A stretch of DNA of 64,000 nt from an uncultured Phycisphaerales bacterium (GTDB taxonomy: Bacteria > Planctomycetota > Phycisphaerae > Tepidisphaerales > Tepidisphaeraceae). The translations under genes were made by a program, and so were the position numbers. The stretch spans positions 896,001 to 960,000 of the forward strand of contig CAVWVQ010000003.1 in assembly GCA_963758525.1 (NCBI GenBank). The letters are read 5' to 3'. The notes beneath the pieces were generated by a model, which saw only the letters and a list, made by a program, of their open reading frames with translations, ran no database searches and was not told the DNA's origin. Below, in pieces: positions 1 through 10,883 of this stretch. Numbering within the stretch: the first letter of the stretch is position 1; each line of letters opens with the position of its first letter.

Positions 1-215
1 CTTACGACCTGGTCGGACGGAGCGCTGTAGCTTAGGCATTGTCGCAACCAATAGTACGCCTTCAGGTGTCCCCAGAGGGCCGGAGCGGCATGCCAGGCCA
101 TCGCTATCGACAGCGCCGTGGCAGCAATAATCAGCATCCTTGCAATTCGCTGGCGTCGGCTTAGCCGGGGCCGATTAGATGTGTAATCGATTTGACAGAT
201 CGGCGGCTTGAGCAT
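1..215 (-). CDS. Hypothetical membrane-anchored protein, 5' part only (runs off the window edge)
   Basis: Manual translation from ATG at 215: MLKPPICQIDYTSNRPRLSRRQRIARMLIIAATALSIAMAWHAAPALW..., open to position 1; basic patch followed by a hydrophobic helix. Confidence 0.55.
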   Translation of the reverse strand, partial: MLKPPICQIDYTSNRPRLSRRQRIARMLIIAATALSIAMAWHAAPALWGHLKAYYWLRQCLSYSAPSDQVV

Positions 216-296
216 GTGCAACGGCTGCCCGTAACTTCGTGCGTTGTTGTGTCGACGTCACGTTGCAATAGTCCAGGATCGACATACGGCGCACAA

Positions 297-1194
297 TCAG
301 GGCGTCGAATTTAGCAACTTCATCGCCTTCATCCATTCCGCACAGCGGGCAGGCCAGGTGTGAACGGGATGATCGGACGGCCGCAGGCCATAGCCATGCC
401 CCCCTGCGGAAAAGATGTGCAGCTCGGCGCTCACCTTGGCTCGCTTTAACGCGAGATACATGAAGACGCTGCTTTCGGAATTGATCGGATCATCATTGGT
501 CTGAACGATGAACATCGGCGGAGTTTGCGGGGTCACTTTCAGTTCGGGGATAAGCTCATGCGTTTTGTCGTTCACGAGCCACGCAGGATAGATGAGGACG
601 GAAAAATCCGGCCGGCAACTGATGGCGTCGATGTCATCCAGCGGCGGATACGCGCGCTGATCGTAAGCGGTGCTGGCGCGGGCGGTGAGATTTCCGCCGG
701 CGGAAAAACCGAGCATCCCGATGCGATGCGGATCGATCTTCCAGTCGGCGGCGTTCTTTCTGACGAGGCTCATCGCGCGCTGCGCGTCCTGCAAGGGCGG
801 CAAATACGCGGGAAGACCGCTGCGCCGGCACGCGGTATTTCAGCACGATCGCGTTGACGCCGATGGAGTTGAGCCAGGCGGCGATTTCCGTTCCTTCAAG
901 GTCGAACGCGAGAATTTTGTACGCCCCGCCGGGGCAGATCAGCACGGCCGCGCCGCTGTTGTTTTCGGGCGGCGCGGGAAAAAGCGAGAGGGTTGGAACG
1001 GTGACATCGGTGATTCGATTTACGGGATTCTTCGGCGTGACCGGCGCGAGATGCTCCGGGCCGATTCCTGACGGCTCGCCCGGCGCCGCGGCGGGCCAGA
1101 CGGGAAGCGTGGTGGGCTCGGCCGCAAGCGCCGCGAAAGCGCACGCGAGGCAGCCGAGGAATGCGGCAAGGGGTATCGAATGAACATGGTGCAT
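297..1194 (-). CDS. Secreted alpha/beta hydrolase (acetyl esterase/xylan esterase-like), frameshifted near 820
   Basis: N-half in ORF 634..1434 (signal peptide, ICPGGAY, LKYRVP); C-half in ORF 297..803 (LQDAQRAMSLVR, GFSAGG nucleophile motif, GGHGYG). Restoring one GC in GCGC joins the two. Confidence 0.85.
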
Positions 1195-1258
1195 GCGATC
1201 AAGTTGTACCCGCACGCCACCCTGATTGTGAAGCTTCCAATGCCAGGGCTCGCCATTT

Positions 1259-2649
1259 CTACGGCACAGCCAGCTCGACTTTAGCCCTGTGAATCGCAGG
1301 CGGAAGGCTCGTGCTGCACGGGACCGCGCCCGTTTGCCGTTTGGCATCGACGCGCCTGCTGGCTGCGATCGGACGCCGAAGGCTTTCGATGGAGATGCCG
1401 TTGCGAAGCGCGAGGACCACGCCGGACGCTTCAAGATAGGATTCTACTTCGATCACGTTCTCCATCGGGAGCTGTTCACGGCCGACGCGCAGGATGGTTT
1501 CGTTCTCGCGAACGGCAATCAGCGGAATCCCGCTGTACTGTGCCGCAAGCGCCGGGATCCCGCCCAGGCAGCTTGCCGGAATCACCACGGCGCCAACGTG
1601 ATTGAGCGTCAGCAGATGCTGCGGGGGATTCTGCAAATCGGAGATGGGCACCAATCGCGGCGCGTTGGCCAGCCCCTTGAGAACGCAGAAGTAGTGCGGC
1701 GTGGAGATCAATTCGGCCGAGGCGCAGGGTTGAGCGTGCCGCGCTGCTTCACATTCTGGTAGTACGGCAGCGGCGCATGGGCGGCGGGGACGCGGAACAA
1801 CTTGGAAATCAGATGAGTGATGATCGCTTCGACGCCGCCTGAAGGATTGGGAATTTCGCCGCGGAGATGGGCGGCGGACATTTCCCTGGTGACGCCGTGA
1901 ATGACCGAGACTCCGCCGATTGCTTGTGCGCCGTGGGACAGAAGGATTTCCACTCCATCGAGAATCGCCTGCGGATTGCGAACCGATCCGACGGCGCACC
2001 CTGCCGGCGACCACTCGATCTTGACCCCCAGCTCCTCGGCAAGGATCGAATAGAGGCCGCCGTCTATTCCCCGCACGGCCCTGGCGGCGTTGAGCGTGTT
2101 GATCACGTCGTCGAGATAATCCGCCCCGGTCGGATCGACGAATGTGCCAACGCGGTTGCCCGCGACCCGAAGCAAGCCGAGGTGCCCCAGCAGGAAATCA
2201 TCCAGGCTCTTTCCCTCCACGTAGAGAACGTTGGACGCCATCTCATTCAATTCAGAGGCGTTGACGGCGTTTGGGTGCGTGATGACTACATCGGCGCTGG
2301 CGGCCAGAAGGTTGGTGGCGGGACACGCGTCGCCGGCGTAGCCGCCGATCTCACAACGCAGCCCCGTGGGGACGATCTGTACGACGCCGAATGGCTGCGC
2401 CTGATATTGCTTTCTCCGCGGATGATTCAGCTCGACTTCGCGCAGGGAGGCGGCGTATTTGCTGTCAGGGGAATATTGGACCGTGGTCGCCTCTACGACC
2501 AGCTCGCCTTGCTTCACGGCGACGATTGCGAAGCGCAGCGGATAGCTGTCGGGCTCAAGGTGCTGTTCCAGTGCCGCGGTCACAGTCCTCAGCCAGCCGC
2601 CGTCTGATGCTCGGGCCGGGGTCGTGAAGCTGACATTGTGAATCTTCAT
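1259..2649 (-). CDS. DUF3326-family protein, frameshifted near 1725
   Basis: IVPTGLRCEIGGYAGDA...ITHPNAVNAS...LYVEG and GGVEAIITHLIS motifs in ORF 1708..2721. The C-terminus (SAELIS...IAVRENET...YLEASG) continues in ORF 1259..2014. Confidence 0.8.
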
Positions 2650-2853
2650 CAGATGCTCCGCTGCCAGTCGGTCTGGTGCGCGCGTTATCGGTCGTGCCAT
2701 GAGCGGGCATGCAGCCGGCAATGGGGTATCGGCTCAAGACCTGCGGAAGTCCAGTCGGCCGGGGCTGCTGCTTCACATGGGAAAACATTCATTTGACGCC
2801 ATTGCGCTGTGGTCTGAAGCGTCGATATAGCGGTGGAGAGAAACGAAAAGACG

Positions 2854-4164
2854 ATGCCACTGATCCGCCGGCACGCGTTGCCGGATCGCGCAGGACTGGG
2901 ACGACCATTACCAATGATCCGGCGACTTCAATCCACGTGCGCGAGAGTTCTCTGGAAGGCGTACGAACGCGCGCCCGAGCCGCTGGCGAAATTCGCAGGC
3001 TGCGCGCGACGCGCTGTTGCACCGCTGAGTGAGCTGCGCGTTCCCCTCGCATGGTACGCCGGACGGACGCCAGCGGGACTTTCGGCGCGCGTGCTGACCG
3101 CCGGAGAAGGCCTGGCGACCAAATACTTCCTGGCGCGGACTTTCCTGAACGAGCCGGTCCGCACCTCCGGCGGTTCAGTTCTTCTGACATCCCTCCCGCG
3201 CGTGTTGCGCCAATTGCGCGGCGAAGCGGACTTGACGATCGCGGAGATGGACCGCATCGCATCCGACCTGCTCTTTGAATCTGATTATCTCCGCGTCCCC
3301 GCCTGGATTCTGGCGACGATGCCGGTGTCCAAAGAAATGAAGCCACTGGCAACGCGCAATCGCGACACGCGCAACGACTGGAGGGTGGTCCGTCGCAGCG
3401 GCCTGCGAATTGAAACGTCGCACCGGCGCGAGGACTTTGAGATGTTTTGCAGCGAGATGTATCTCCCGTTCATCCGCCAGCGCCATGGCTCCCAGAGCAT
3501 CCTGCGCTCTGCCGGCTACCTTCGGCGCAGCTTTCTCAAGGGCGGGCTCTTCTTCGTGTGTGATGGAGAGCAGCGCATTGCAGCCACGCTTTACACCGTG
3601 AGCGGCGCCGTCATGCGGATGCTCTGCTTTGGGACGATGGGCGGAGACTACGAACCGGTGCGCCGTGGCGCCATGTGTGCGCTTTATGTCTACTCGGCTG
3701 AACTGGCGCAAAGCCAGGGCTGCACCATGCTGGATTACGGCGGATCGCGGCCGTGCGCCCGCGACGGCGTGCTCCAGTTCAAGCGGAAGTGGGAGATGGA
3801 CTTTGCCTGCAAGGACGACGTGCGGATCGATCTGCTGATGCGATGGTCCCCACAACGCCCGTTCATCGAGGAGTTTCTGACGCACTCGCCCCTCTTCTTC
3901 CGCCAGGGTCACGAATTGAATCTGCTGGCGTCTTCGCCGGCAATCGGGCCGGCACTGCTGCGCGAGCAGTTGTGGGTGAACGGGCTGAGACGCATGTATG
4001 TGATGGGAGCCCGCTCCAATCACCCATTGCCCGATGGCGTGGTGCTCAGCGATCCGCTGCACGACACGGCAACACCCGCGCGACCTGCCGAGACAACCCC
4101 TTTGCCCTCGCTCGAACATGTGCGCCGGCACGGAATGGAAAAACTGCGGGAGATGGCGCGATGA
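2854..4164 (+). CDS. GNAT-fold (FemAB/BioF2-like) acyltransferase
   Basis: C-terminal GNAT-like pattern (ALYVYSAELAQSQGCTMLDYGGSRP...DGVLQFKRKW); ATGA overlap with the next gene. Start codon uncertain (2833/2854/2913). Confidence 0.6.
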   Translation: MPLIRRHALPDRAGLGRPLPMIRRLQSTCARVLWKAYERAPEPLAKFAGCARRAVAPLSELRVPLAWYAGRTPAGLSARVLTAGEGLATKYFLARTFLNEPVRTSGGSVLLTSLPRVLRQLRGEADLTIAEMDRIASDLLFESDYLRVPAWILATMPVSKEMKPLATRNRDTRNDWRVVRRSGLRIETSHRREDFEMFCSEMYLPFIRQRHGSQSILRSAGYLRRSFLKGGLFFVCDGEQRIAATLYTVSGAVMRMLCFGTMGGDYEPVRRGAMCALYVYSAELAQSQGCTMLDYGGSRPCARDGVLQFKRKWEMDFACKDDVRIDLLMRWSPQRPFIEEFLTHSPLFFRQGHELNLLASSPAIGPALLREQLWVNGLRRMYVMGARSNHPLPDGVVLSDPLHDTATPARPAETTPLPSLEHVRRHGMEKLREMAR

Positions 4165-5549
4165 GTTCGCCAGCCGAGCGGACGCGCGGACTGGTCCTCT
4201 CGGCCCGCTATCCGAAGCTCGATCGGCACGCGCTGCGCACATTTCGTGATCGGCGGGTGCGCCTGCTCGTGCGTCACGCTTATCACCACGTTCCGTTCTA
4301 TCGCAGGCTCTATGACGAACACGGCGTCGATCCGCGCGCGATTCGCGGCGTCGAAGACCTGCAGAAGCTGCCGATCGTCACCAAGCCGATGCTTCAAGGC
4401 CTGCCCATCGAGCAGCGACTGGCGAGCGGAACGGACCATCGCCGTCTCATTGTGCGAAAAACCAGCGGCTCATCGGGGGAGCCATTCTGCATCGCGCACA
4501 CCTGGATTGAAGAACGCTCGCTGGGGCTGCTCCGCTGGCGCGCGATGTTCGATATGGGGTATCGCCCCACCGATCGACACGCCGGCGTACTGATGACGCA
4601 CCCGAGCCAGCGGGCGGATGTGCAGTTGCCGCTCCGCGTTCTGCGCGCCGCCGGCGTGCTTCGCCAGACGCATATCGATTGTTTGCAGGAACCCGCGATG
4701 ATCCTCGAAGCGCTGCAATCGGCGGATCCCCAGGTAATTACCGGCTTTCCTGGCGTGCTGGCACGCGTCGCCGCATTGTCGCAACAGCGCAATGTTACGA
4801 ATTTGCGGCCGCGACTCATCACCACGGGCGGCGAAACCATCACGCCGCTGATGCGAAAGCAGATCGAGCAGGGTTTCGCCGCGCCTCTTTACGACGCATA
4901 TGGATGCCATGAATTCAATCTGCTTGCCTGGCAGTGCAGAGAGGGAACGATGCACACCTGCGACGACGGGAGCATCGTGGAAGTTCTGCAGCCAGACGGC
5001 GCCGCCGCTCCGCCCGGCGGCCGGGGCGAAGTGGTCGGCACCAACCTTCACTCCTTCGCGATGCCGTTCATTCGCTACCGCATGGCCGACATCGTTACCC
5101 GCGGCGAGGACCGCTGCGGATGCGGCAGCCCGTTCGCTTCGATCGCATCGATCCAGGGACGCATGGTCGATCATTTCCAACTGCCCGGCGGACGCCTGAT
5201 CCACCCCTGGGAGTTGGCCGCTCACGGGATTGTGAATCCGGAAATTGTCCGCGAATATCAGCTCCTGCAGGAAAGCGAATCCCGGGTGCTTCTACGGATC
5301 GTCCCGCAACGTCCACTCAACGAATGGGAATTGAGCCATCTCGCAAAGCCGGTGCAACAGATGCTCGGCCCGGACGTGTCATTTGAGCTGCGCCTGGTGG
5401 AAAGAATCCCCTTGGAAGTGACGGGCAAATTCCGTGTGGCCCGATCGCTCGTGAAGTCCAACTATGACAACTTCGCCTGGCGGACCGGGGAGCCAACCGC
5501 CCCGGACGTTGTTTCCCGCAAGGCGGCGACTTCGCGCAATCACGGGTGA
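4161..5549 (+). CDS. Phenylacetate-CoA ligase family (PaaK/CapK-like) adenylate-forming enzyme
   Basis: HAYHHVPFYR, DLQKLPIVTK, TSGSSGEP P-loop, YGCHE, MPFIRYRMADI, TGKFR; ATG at 4161 overlaps the upstream stop. Confidence 0.85.
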   Translation: MSSPAERTRGLVLSARYPKLDRHALRTFRDRRVRLLVRHAYHHVPFYRRLYDEHGVDPRAIRGVEDLQKLPIVTKPMLQGLPIEQRLASGTDHRRLIVRKTSGSSGEPFCIAHTWIEERSLGLLRWRAMFDMGYRPTDRHAGVLMTHPSQRADVQLPLRVLRAAGVLRQTHIDCLQEPAMILEALQSADPQVITGFPGVLARVAALSQQRNVTNLRPRLITTGGETITPLMRKQIEQGFAAPLYDAYGCHEFNLLAWQCREGTMHTCDDGSIVEVLQPDGAAAPPGGRGEVVGTNLHSFAMPFIRYRMADIVTRGEDRCGCGSPFASIASIQGRMVDHFQLPGGRLIHPWELAAHGIVNPEIVREYQLLQESESRVLLRIVPQRPLNEWELSHLAKPVQQMLGPDVSFELRLVERIPLEVTGKFRVARSLVKSNYDNFAWRTGEPTAPDVVSRKAATSRNHG

Positions 5550-5610
5550 GGGTTCAGGGTTCAGTACCTCTGTTTTCCGCTGAACCCTGAACCCTGACAC
5601 CCTGAACCCT
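5549..5610. repeat. Inverted heptamer tract (GGGTTCA)n / (TGAACCC)n between convergent genes
   Basis: gggttcagggttcag...ctgaaccctgaaccctgacaccctgaaccct; the same family recurs at 10234-10290. Confidence 0.8.
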
Positions 5611-5721
5611 TTCCGACTCCTGGCGCAGAAGAACGCTTCAGAGTTTCTGCATCGGCATTTTAGTTTAGCGGCTGCCCGCAGGGCAGCGGGGTGTCTTGCA
5701 ACTGCGCACCCTCGCGCACGC

Positions 5722-6993
5722 TCATTTAATCAAATCGGCAAGATCCGTAGCAGGATCTTTGAACAGCTCTTCATTCCCGTTGATTCTGGTGCGTGCGGCG
5801 ACGAGGGAACGGAGGGTGTCGTCCTCGCCGAGGTGATTGACGGCGAGAATCTGAGCGATGCGACCGTCGGAGGCGATGCCGATTTCGACAAAGTTGGGGG
5901 AATCCGGATTGGCCGACCCGCGCAGGAGGCGGCGCTCGACCTGGCGGGCTTCCCCCCAGCCGTTGAGCGAGAGATCGAAGACATCGCTGAAGAAGTTGTT
6001 GACCGCGGAGTAAGGCTCGCGCCGCCCAGCCATGTTACGGCCGGCAAGGGCGCCGCTGACGCGGGCGTGATCCCAGTGGTCGATATTGCGGTGCTTGCCG
6101 AACAGCGGATCGAATAGCGCGGCACAGTCGCCGGCGGCCCAGATGGACGGGACGTTGGTCTGGCAGAATTCGTCGGTGAGGATCGCGCGCTCGGCGGTGA
6201 TAGGCGTGCCGCGCAGAAGCTCGCGATTGACGTTCATCCCGATCGCGGCAACGACAAAATCAGCGGTAACGACAGTTCCACCCGCAACGACGCGTTGAAC
6301 CCGGCCGTCTCCCTCGATCCGCTGCGGGGGAGATTGTGCCAGGACAGAAATATGATGATTGGCGAGATAGCGCGCCAGGACGCTGCCGGTATTTTCGCCG
6401 GCAAACTTCTCCCAGGGGAATGCCGTCGCCAGGAGGAGGGTGACGGCCAACCCCGAGGCGCCCAGCGACGCGGCAATCTCCACGCCGAGCAGGCCTCCGC
6501 CCACGACCACTGCATGCCCGCGCCCGTTGTCGTGAGCGCGGCCCTCGGCTCTGGCTTTGTCGATCGCCTTGTGCAGTCGCTCGGCATCCTGAAGCGTGCG
6601 AAGGTAGAAGACGTTGGGAAGATCCGCGCCGGGAACATCGAGCCGGGCAGGCACGCCGCCGGTGGCGATCAGCACGTGATCGAAGGAAATCTCCTCTCCG
6701 CTGTCGAGCGTGGCGGACCGGCGCGAGGCGTCGAGATGCGCACAGCGACTGCCGGTGCGAAGCGTGATGTGCTGCTCCTCAAACCAATCAGGCCCATGGA
6801 CGAACAACTCCGCCCGCGGCTTTTGCCGGCGAAGGTATTCCTTGCTTAATGGGGGACGATGATACGGTCCGCTGATCTCCTGGCTGACGAGCGTGATGCT
6901 CGCCGCCTGATCGATCTCGCGGATCGCCTCGGCGGCAGCGCTGCTGGCGAGGCCGCCGCCGATCAACAGATATTTCACGTGAGGAACGCTCAT
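5722..6993 (-). CDS. FAD-dependent NAD(P)H oxidoreductase (ferredoxin reductase-like)
   Basis: IGGGLA, PYHRPPLSKEYL, ATGG, VVGGGLLGVE, IWAAGDCA motifs. Confidence 0.9.
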   Translation of the reverse strand: MSVPHVKYLLIGGGLASSAAAEAIREIDQAASITLVSQEISGPYHRPPLSKEYLRRQKPRAELFVHGPDWFEEQHITLRTGSRCAHLDASRRSATLDSGEEISFDHVLIATGGVPARLDVPGADLPNVFYLRTLQDAERLHKAIDKARAEGRAHDNGRGHAVVVGGGLLGVEIAASLGASGLAVTLLLATAFPWEKFAGENTGSVLARYLANHHISVLAQSPPQRIEGDGRVQRVVAGGTVVTADFVVAAIGMNVNRELLRGTPITAERAILTDEFCQTNVPSIWAAGDCAALFDPLFGKHRNIDHWDHARVSGALAGRNMAGRREPYSAVNNFFSDVFDLSLNGWGEARQVERRLLRGSANPDSPNFVEIGIASDGRIAQILAVNHLGEDDTLRSLVAARTRINGNEELFKDPATDLADLIK

Positions 6994-7076
6994 GTGCTTC
7001 CTGCTCGGTTGGTGTCCTTACTATTGTATCGTCGGAGAGCCGGGAAAGTTCGTGAGGAAAAGAGGGGGGATAGATA

Positions 7077-7200
7077 AGGCACGGAGGCACGGAGGGGCAA
7101 ATTGCAAATTGAGGATTGCAAATTGCAAATTGAAAGAACTGGGAGCCCTTGGGCGTGCTGGCGTTGTCTGGCCAAATTGAAACTTGCAAATTGCAAGCTC
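7077..7200. repeat. Intergenic GGCACGGA octamer plus TTGCAAA heptamer tract
   Basis: aggcacggaggcacggagg followed by caaattgcaaattgaggattgcaaattgcaaattg; similar tracts at 14457-14550 and 56405-56500. Confidence 0.8.
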
Positions 7201-7244
7201 GCGGTCCGCGCACCGGCTGTTTTGGTGCCGCCGTGCCCACCCAG

Positions 7245-7466
7245 CTACTTCTGGCGGAAGACGATACGGCCTCTGGTCAGATCGTAGGGGGAAAGCTGCA
7301 CTTTGACGCGGTCGCCGGGCAGGATGCGGATGAAGTGCTTGCGCATTTTGCCTGAGACGATGCCGAGGATTTCGCGCTCGGAATTGTCGAGGCGCAGCTT
7401 GAACATCGCGTTCGGCAGCGCCGTTGTCACGGTCGCTTCAATCTCAATCGGCTCGGACTTTGCCAC
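7245..7466 (-). CDS. infA: Translation initiation factor IF-1
   Basis: [10 protein letters not shown]...ALPNAMF...[34 protein letters not shown]. Confidence 0.97.
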   Translation of the reverse strand: MAKSEPIEIEATVTTALPNAMFKLRLDNSEREILGIVSGKMRKHFIRILPGDRVKVQLSPYDLTRGRIVFRQK

Positions 7467-7594
7467 AGTTACCCTTCTCTCCGCGGAACTTCAGTCGAAA
7501 CCGCTATCATACGCGAGGATCGCAGGGCGAACAAGGCGGGGAAGAAACCCGGAAATTGTCGGGTGTGGCGCTCGAAAGTGGCGATCGGCTCCGA

Positions 7595-7662
7595 GTAGGG
7601 CGGGATTCATCCCGCCGATTTGTTGGCCGGCTGAGAAAACGGCGGGATGAATCCCGCCCTAC
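7595..7662. repeat. REPIN-like element: two inverted GTAG-REP palindromes
   Basis: Perfect 23-bp inverted repeat GTAGGGCGGGATTCATCCCGCCG (7595-7617) / CGGCGGGATGAATCCCGCCCTAC (7640-7662). A near-identical ~80-bp copy of 7567-7647 lies at 58111-58192 and a single arm near 24470-24491. Confidence 0.85.
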
Positions 7663-7709
7663 GATCGCAAAATCTGCAATCGCCACAAATAAAAGTTACA
7701 CCCAAATTG

Positions 7710-8426
7710 TCAGTGCCCGTCAACCCGTAGCGGATTGCACCAGAATCCGCCGGCGGTAGGGACTGCGAGGGCCGATTGATACTCCGCGCCGCTCATCCAG
7801 GCGACCGACCCATCGATCATCCCAATTTGGCCTCCATTATTGTGACGGATGGTCAAACCATCCCACGGGTAAGCAGAGCCATCATTCCACGAATTGGCCG
7901 TCACATTGCCGGGCTCATCTTCGCCGGCCTCCCAAAACAAAATATTTCCGGGTTTGAACTGGCGCATGGGGAGCGACCAGGTTCTCGATCCAAACGCGAG
8001 AACAGCCATATTCATCATGTAGCTGGTGAGATGCTGGCTCGGACCCGAAGTGTAATCCGTGGGGGCCATCGCGCAGCGGTATACTTCACGCGTTCGCAGA
8101 TACTGCCACAGCGAACCAGTTTCCACCTGAGATTCGTCGGCGGGGTTCGCGATGGGCGGCATGTAGAGCCATCCGACACGCGGCGGAGTCATCTCAATCG
8201 CGATGTCGTTTGGTTGAGGAAGTGAGCCGGCGTTGTCACCGACATATGCAATTGTCGCTTCGATCAACTGGTGGAGATTGGAGGAGCACTTGACACGTCC
8301 GGCCGTCTCGCGAGCTCGATGCAGGAGCGGCGCCAGCACCGCGATCAGCAGCGCAATGATTCCGATGCAGACGAGCAATTCGATGAGGCTGAACGCCGCA
8401 GGCCGATGAGACGAGTTGCGAAGCAT
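7710..8426 (-). CDS. Prepilin-type N-terminal cleavage/methylation protein with H-X9-DG motif (DUF1559-like)
   Basis: AFSLIELLVCIGIIALLIAVLAP...ARETAGRVKCSSNLHQ; C-terminal H-NNGGQIGMI-DG. Confidence 0.9.
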   Translation of the reverse strand: MLRNSSHRPAAFSLIELLVCIGIIALLIAVLAPLLHRARETAGRVKCSSNLHQLIEATIAYVGDNAGSLPQPNDIAIEMTPPRVGWLYMPPIANPADESQVETGSLWQYLRTREVYRCAMAPTDYTSGPSQHLTSYMMNMAVLAFGSRTWSLPMRQFKPGNILFWEAGEDEPGNVTANSWNDGSAYPWDGLTIRHNNGGQIGMIDGSVAWMSGAEYQSALAVPTAGGFWCNPLRVDGH

Positions 8427-8524
8427 CGCACCCCCATGTTGGGTGCGAGCACCTTATGCATCCCGCCGCACGTGCGTCAAAAATTTTTGCTTTTCGCAAC
8501 GGGGGCGTCTGTGGGTTCGGTCGG

Positions 8525-10106
8525 TCAGACCGCGTCGGCTCGGACTGCCTCGAGCATTGATCGCACGAGTCCCGGAATGTTGTACGTGTCGGCCTGCACG
8601 GCGGGTGTGTAGCCAAGATCCTCGAGCGTGCGCGTGGTGATGGGGCCGATGCTCGCGAGGCGAATCTTTTTCAGCATCTCGCGCCGCGGGGCTGAGCAAC
8701 GCGACGAGATTCCGGGCGGTGCTGCTGCTCGTGAAGGTGATCCATGCGACATCGCCGGCGTCGAGCGCTGCAAGGAACGCCGGCGGCAGCGAGGTTGCGG
8801 GGCGCGTGTGGTAGACGGAGACGTCGGAAACTTGTGCCGCGTTTCCCTTCACGAGTCGCTCGGCAAGCAACGGCCGGGCAATATCGGCGCGAAGGAGCAG
8901 AAAATTCCGGCCGGCGATCTCGTCCGCCTGCGCCAGTGCATCGGCCAGAGCCTCGGCTACGAAAGACTCGGGGCAAAGATCGACGCGAAGGCAAAGGCTG
9001 TCGCGGATTGCGGCTGCGGTGGCGTCGCCGATGGCGGCGATTTTGACATCGTGAAACGCGCGGGCGTCCCGACCGGTTTCCATCAGCCGCTGCCGGACAA
9101 ACTCCACGCCGTTGGCGCTGGTGAAAATGACCCAGTCATAATCCTCGATGTGTTCCAGCGCCTCGTCGACTTTCGACCATTCCCCAGGGGCCGCGAGCTC
9201 GATTGTGGGCGCTTCGATGACCGAAGCGCCAAGCTCGCAGAGTTCTCGTGAAAGGTCGCTGGCCTGTTGCCGTGTGCGAGTGACGACGACGGTTTGGCCG
9301 AAAAACGGGCGCGACTCGAACCAACTGATCGTTTGCCGCAGTTCGACAACCCGGCCGATGATCGTCAGCGCGGGCGGACCGATCCCGGCGGATTCCGCCA
9401 GCGCGGGCAGGGTTTCGATGGTGCCAACGATCGTGCGCTGGCGTGGCGTGGTGCCCCACTGAATCGTCGCGGCGGCGGTCGTTGGCGCCATCCCATGATC
9501 GATCAGCTTTCGGCAGATGCGCGGGAGCGACTTTGCCCCCATATAAAAAGCAAGACACGGCAACTTCGCGAGGACCGCGTAATCCAAATCCGAAGCGCCC
9601 GCTGGCGCATCGGCGGCACGCGCGACGGCGGCCGGGTCCTGATATTCCTGTTCTTTTTCGTGTCCGGTGATGAGCGTGAAGCTGGAGTTCAAGTCACGAT
9701 GCGTGACGGGGATTCCAGCATACGCCGGCGCGGCAATGGCCGCCGTAATTCCGGGAACGACTTCAAAGCGAACCCTGGCTTTGGCGAGCGCTTCGCATTC
9801 TTCGCCGCCGCGTCCGAAGATGAACGGATCGCCGCCCTTGAGTCGAGCCACTCGTTTCCCCTCCAACGCCTTTTCCACCATCAGTTGGTTGATCTTCTCC
9901 TGCGTGAGGGAATGATCCGATGCTTTTTTCCCGACGTAGATTTGCTCGACATCCTCCCTGCAATAATCAAGCAGCCGCACGTTGGCCAATGCATCGTAGA
10001 CGACAACGTCTGCGTCAGCGAGCAGATTTGCCCCGCGGACGGTGATCAGCCCTTCGTCCCCCGGTCCCGCGCCGATCAGGTAGACAACTCCGGACGATTG
10101 CGACAT
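8525..10106 (-). CDS. cobA: Uroporphyrinogen-III C-methyltransferase / synthase fusion (CobA-HemD), frameshifted near 8682
   Basis: VYLIGAGPGD, RLKGGDPFIFGRGGEE, then HemD motifs FTSANGV and FTSSST. The true C-terminus (ASIGPITTRTL...) lies in frame 8525..8773. Confidence 0.92.
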
Positions 10107-10233
10107 GCAGTGAATGGTAATGCCAAGATGCCGCCGTGGGGAATGATGGCGACGGAAATGCGGCAGGTGATTGGAAGCGAGTGGGGATCAAATGAAGGCC
10201 GCCGCGGTTCGAACTCGGCATCTCCCGCTCTTA

Positions 10234-10290
10234 CTGAACCCTGACACCCTGAACCCTGACACCCTCAACTCTGACACCCTCAACTCTGAT
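10234..10290. repeat. CTGAACC/CTGACAC short tandem repeat tract
   Basis: ctgaaccctgacaccctgaaccctgacaccctcaactctgacaccctcaactctga. Confidence 0.75.
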
Positions 10291-10495
10291 GCTCTGAGCC
10301 CTCTTCATGTCCGATAACAGCGCTCGCGTCGGACTGACCAACAGCCCGTCGGCGCGCCGCATAATTTCAACAGGACAACTGGCTAAACCGGGTAAACCCT
10401 GCGGCGCGTATCGCCGATGGAACCAATGCGCGGCCCAGGCGTGGAGTGACGGAACACCCGGCCTGTCCGCTGCTTATAGATGTTTGGAGCCGCTT

Positions 10496-10846
10496 ATGGT
10501 TGCACTGCTCAAGATGCCCGCTCGAATCGGTCCCGCGGACGATCAGGACAATCGCCGGATCTTTCCCCGCAAGGAATGTCACGCTCAGGTCGAGGGACGG
10601 CGCATGGATCACAGTGTCATCGCCCATCGCTTCCCGCGCTTCACGCTGGCTCTTCGCGACCTCTCCTTCGGCGGCCTCTCTGCCATCAGCCAGACCCCGC
10701 TCGACCGCGGCGAGCGGCTCGCGGTCTACTTTCCCAAGCAGGGCGAGCTGCAGGAGTGGGACGCGGTCGGCCGAGTGCTTCGCTGCGACACCAGCAGTCT
10801 GGGATATCGGGTTGCCGTCGAGTTTGATCCGCTGCCGGCAGCGTAG
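10496..10846 (+). CDS. PilZ domain protein
   Basis: NRRIFPR (RxxxR) and DLSFGG (DxSxxG); GGAG before ATG 10496. Confidence 0.85.
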   Translation: MVALLKMPARIGPADDQDNRRIFPRKECHAQVEGRRMDHSVIAHRFPRFTLALRDLSFGGLSAISQTPLDRGERLAVYFPKQGELQEWDAVGRVLRCDTSSLGYRVAVEFDPLPAA

Positions 10847-10883
10847 TGCGCGCCCCCGAGTAATAAACTGCGCCCTGTAGGAC

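Noticed and set aside
3753..4160. N-terminal extension of the PaaK-like ORF (598 aa)
   Set aside because: It overlaps the GNAT gene; the ATGA-coupled start at 4161 is more plausible.
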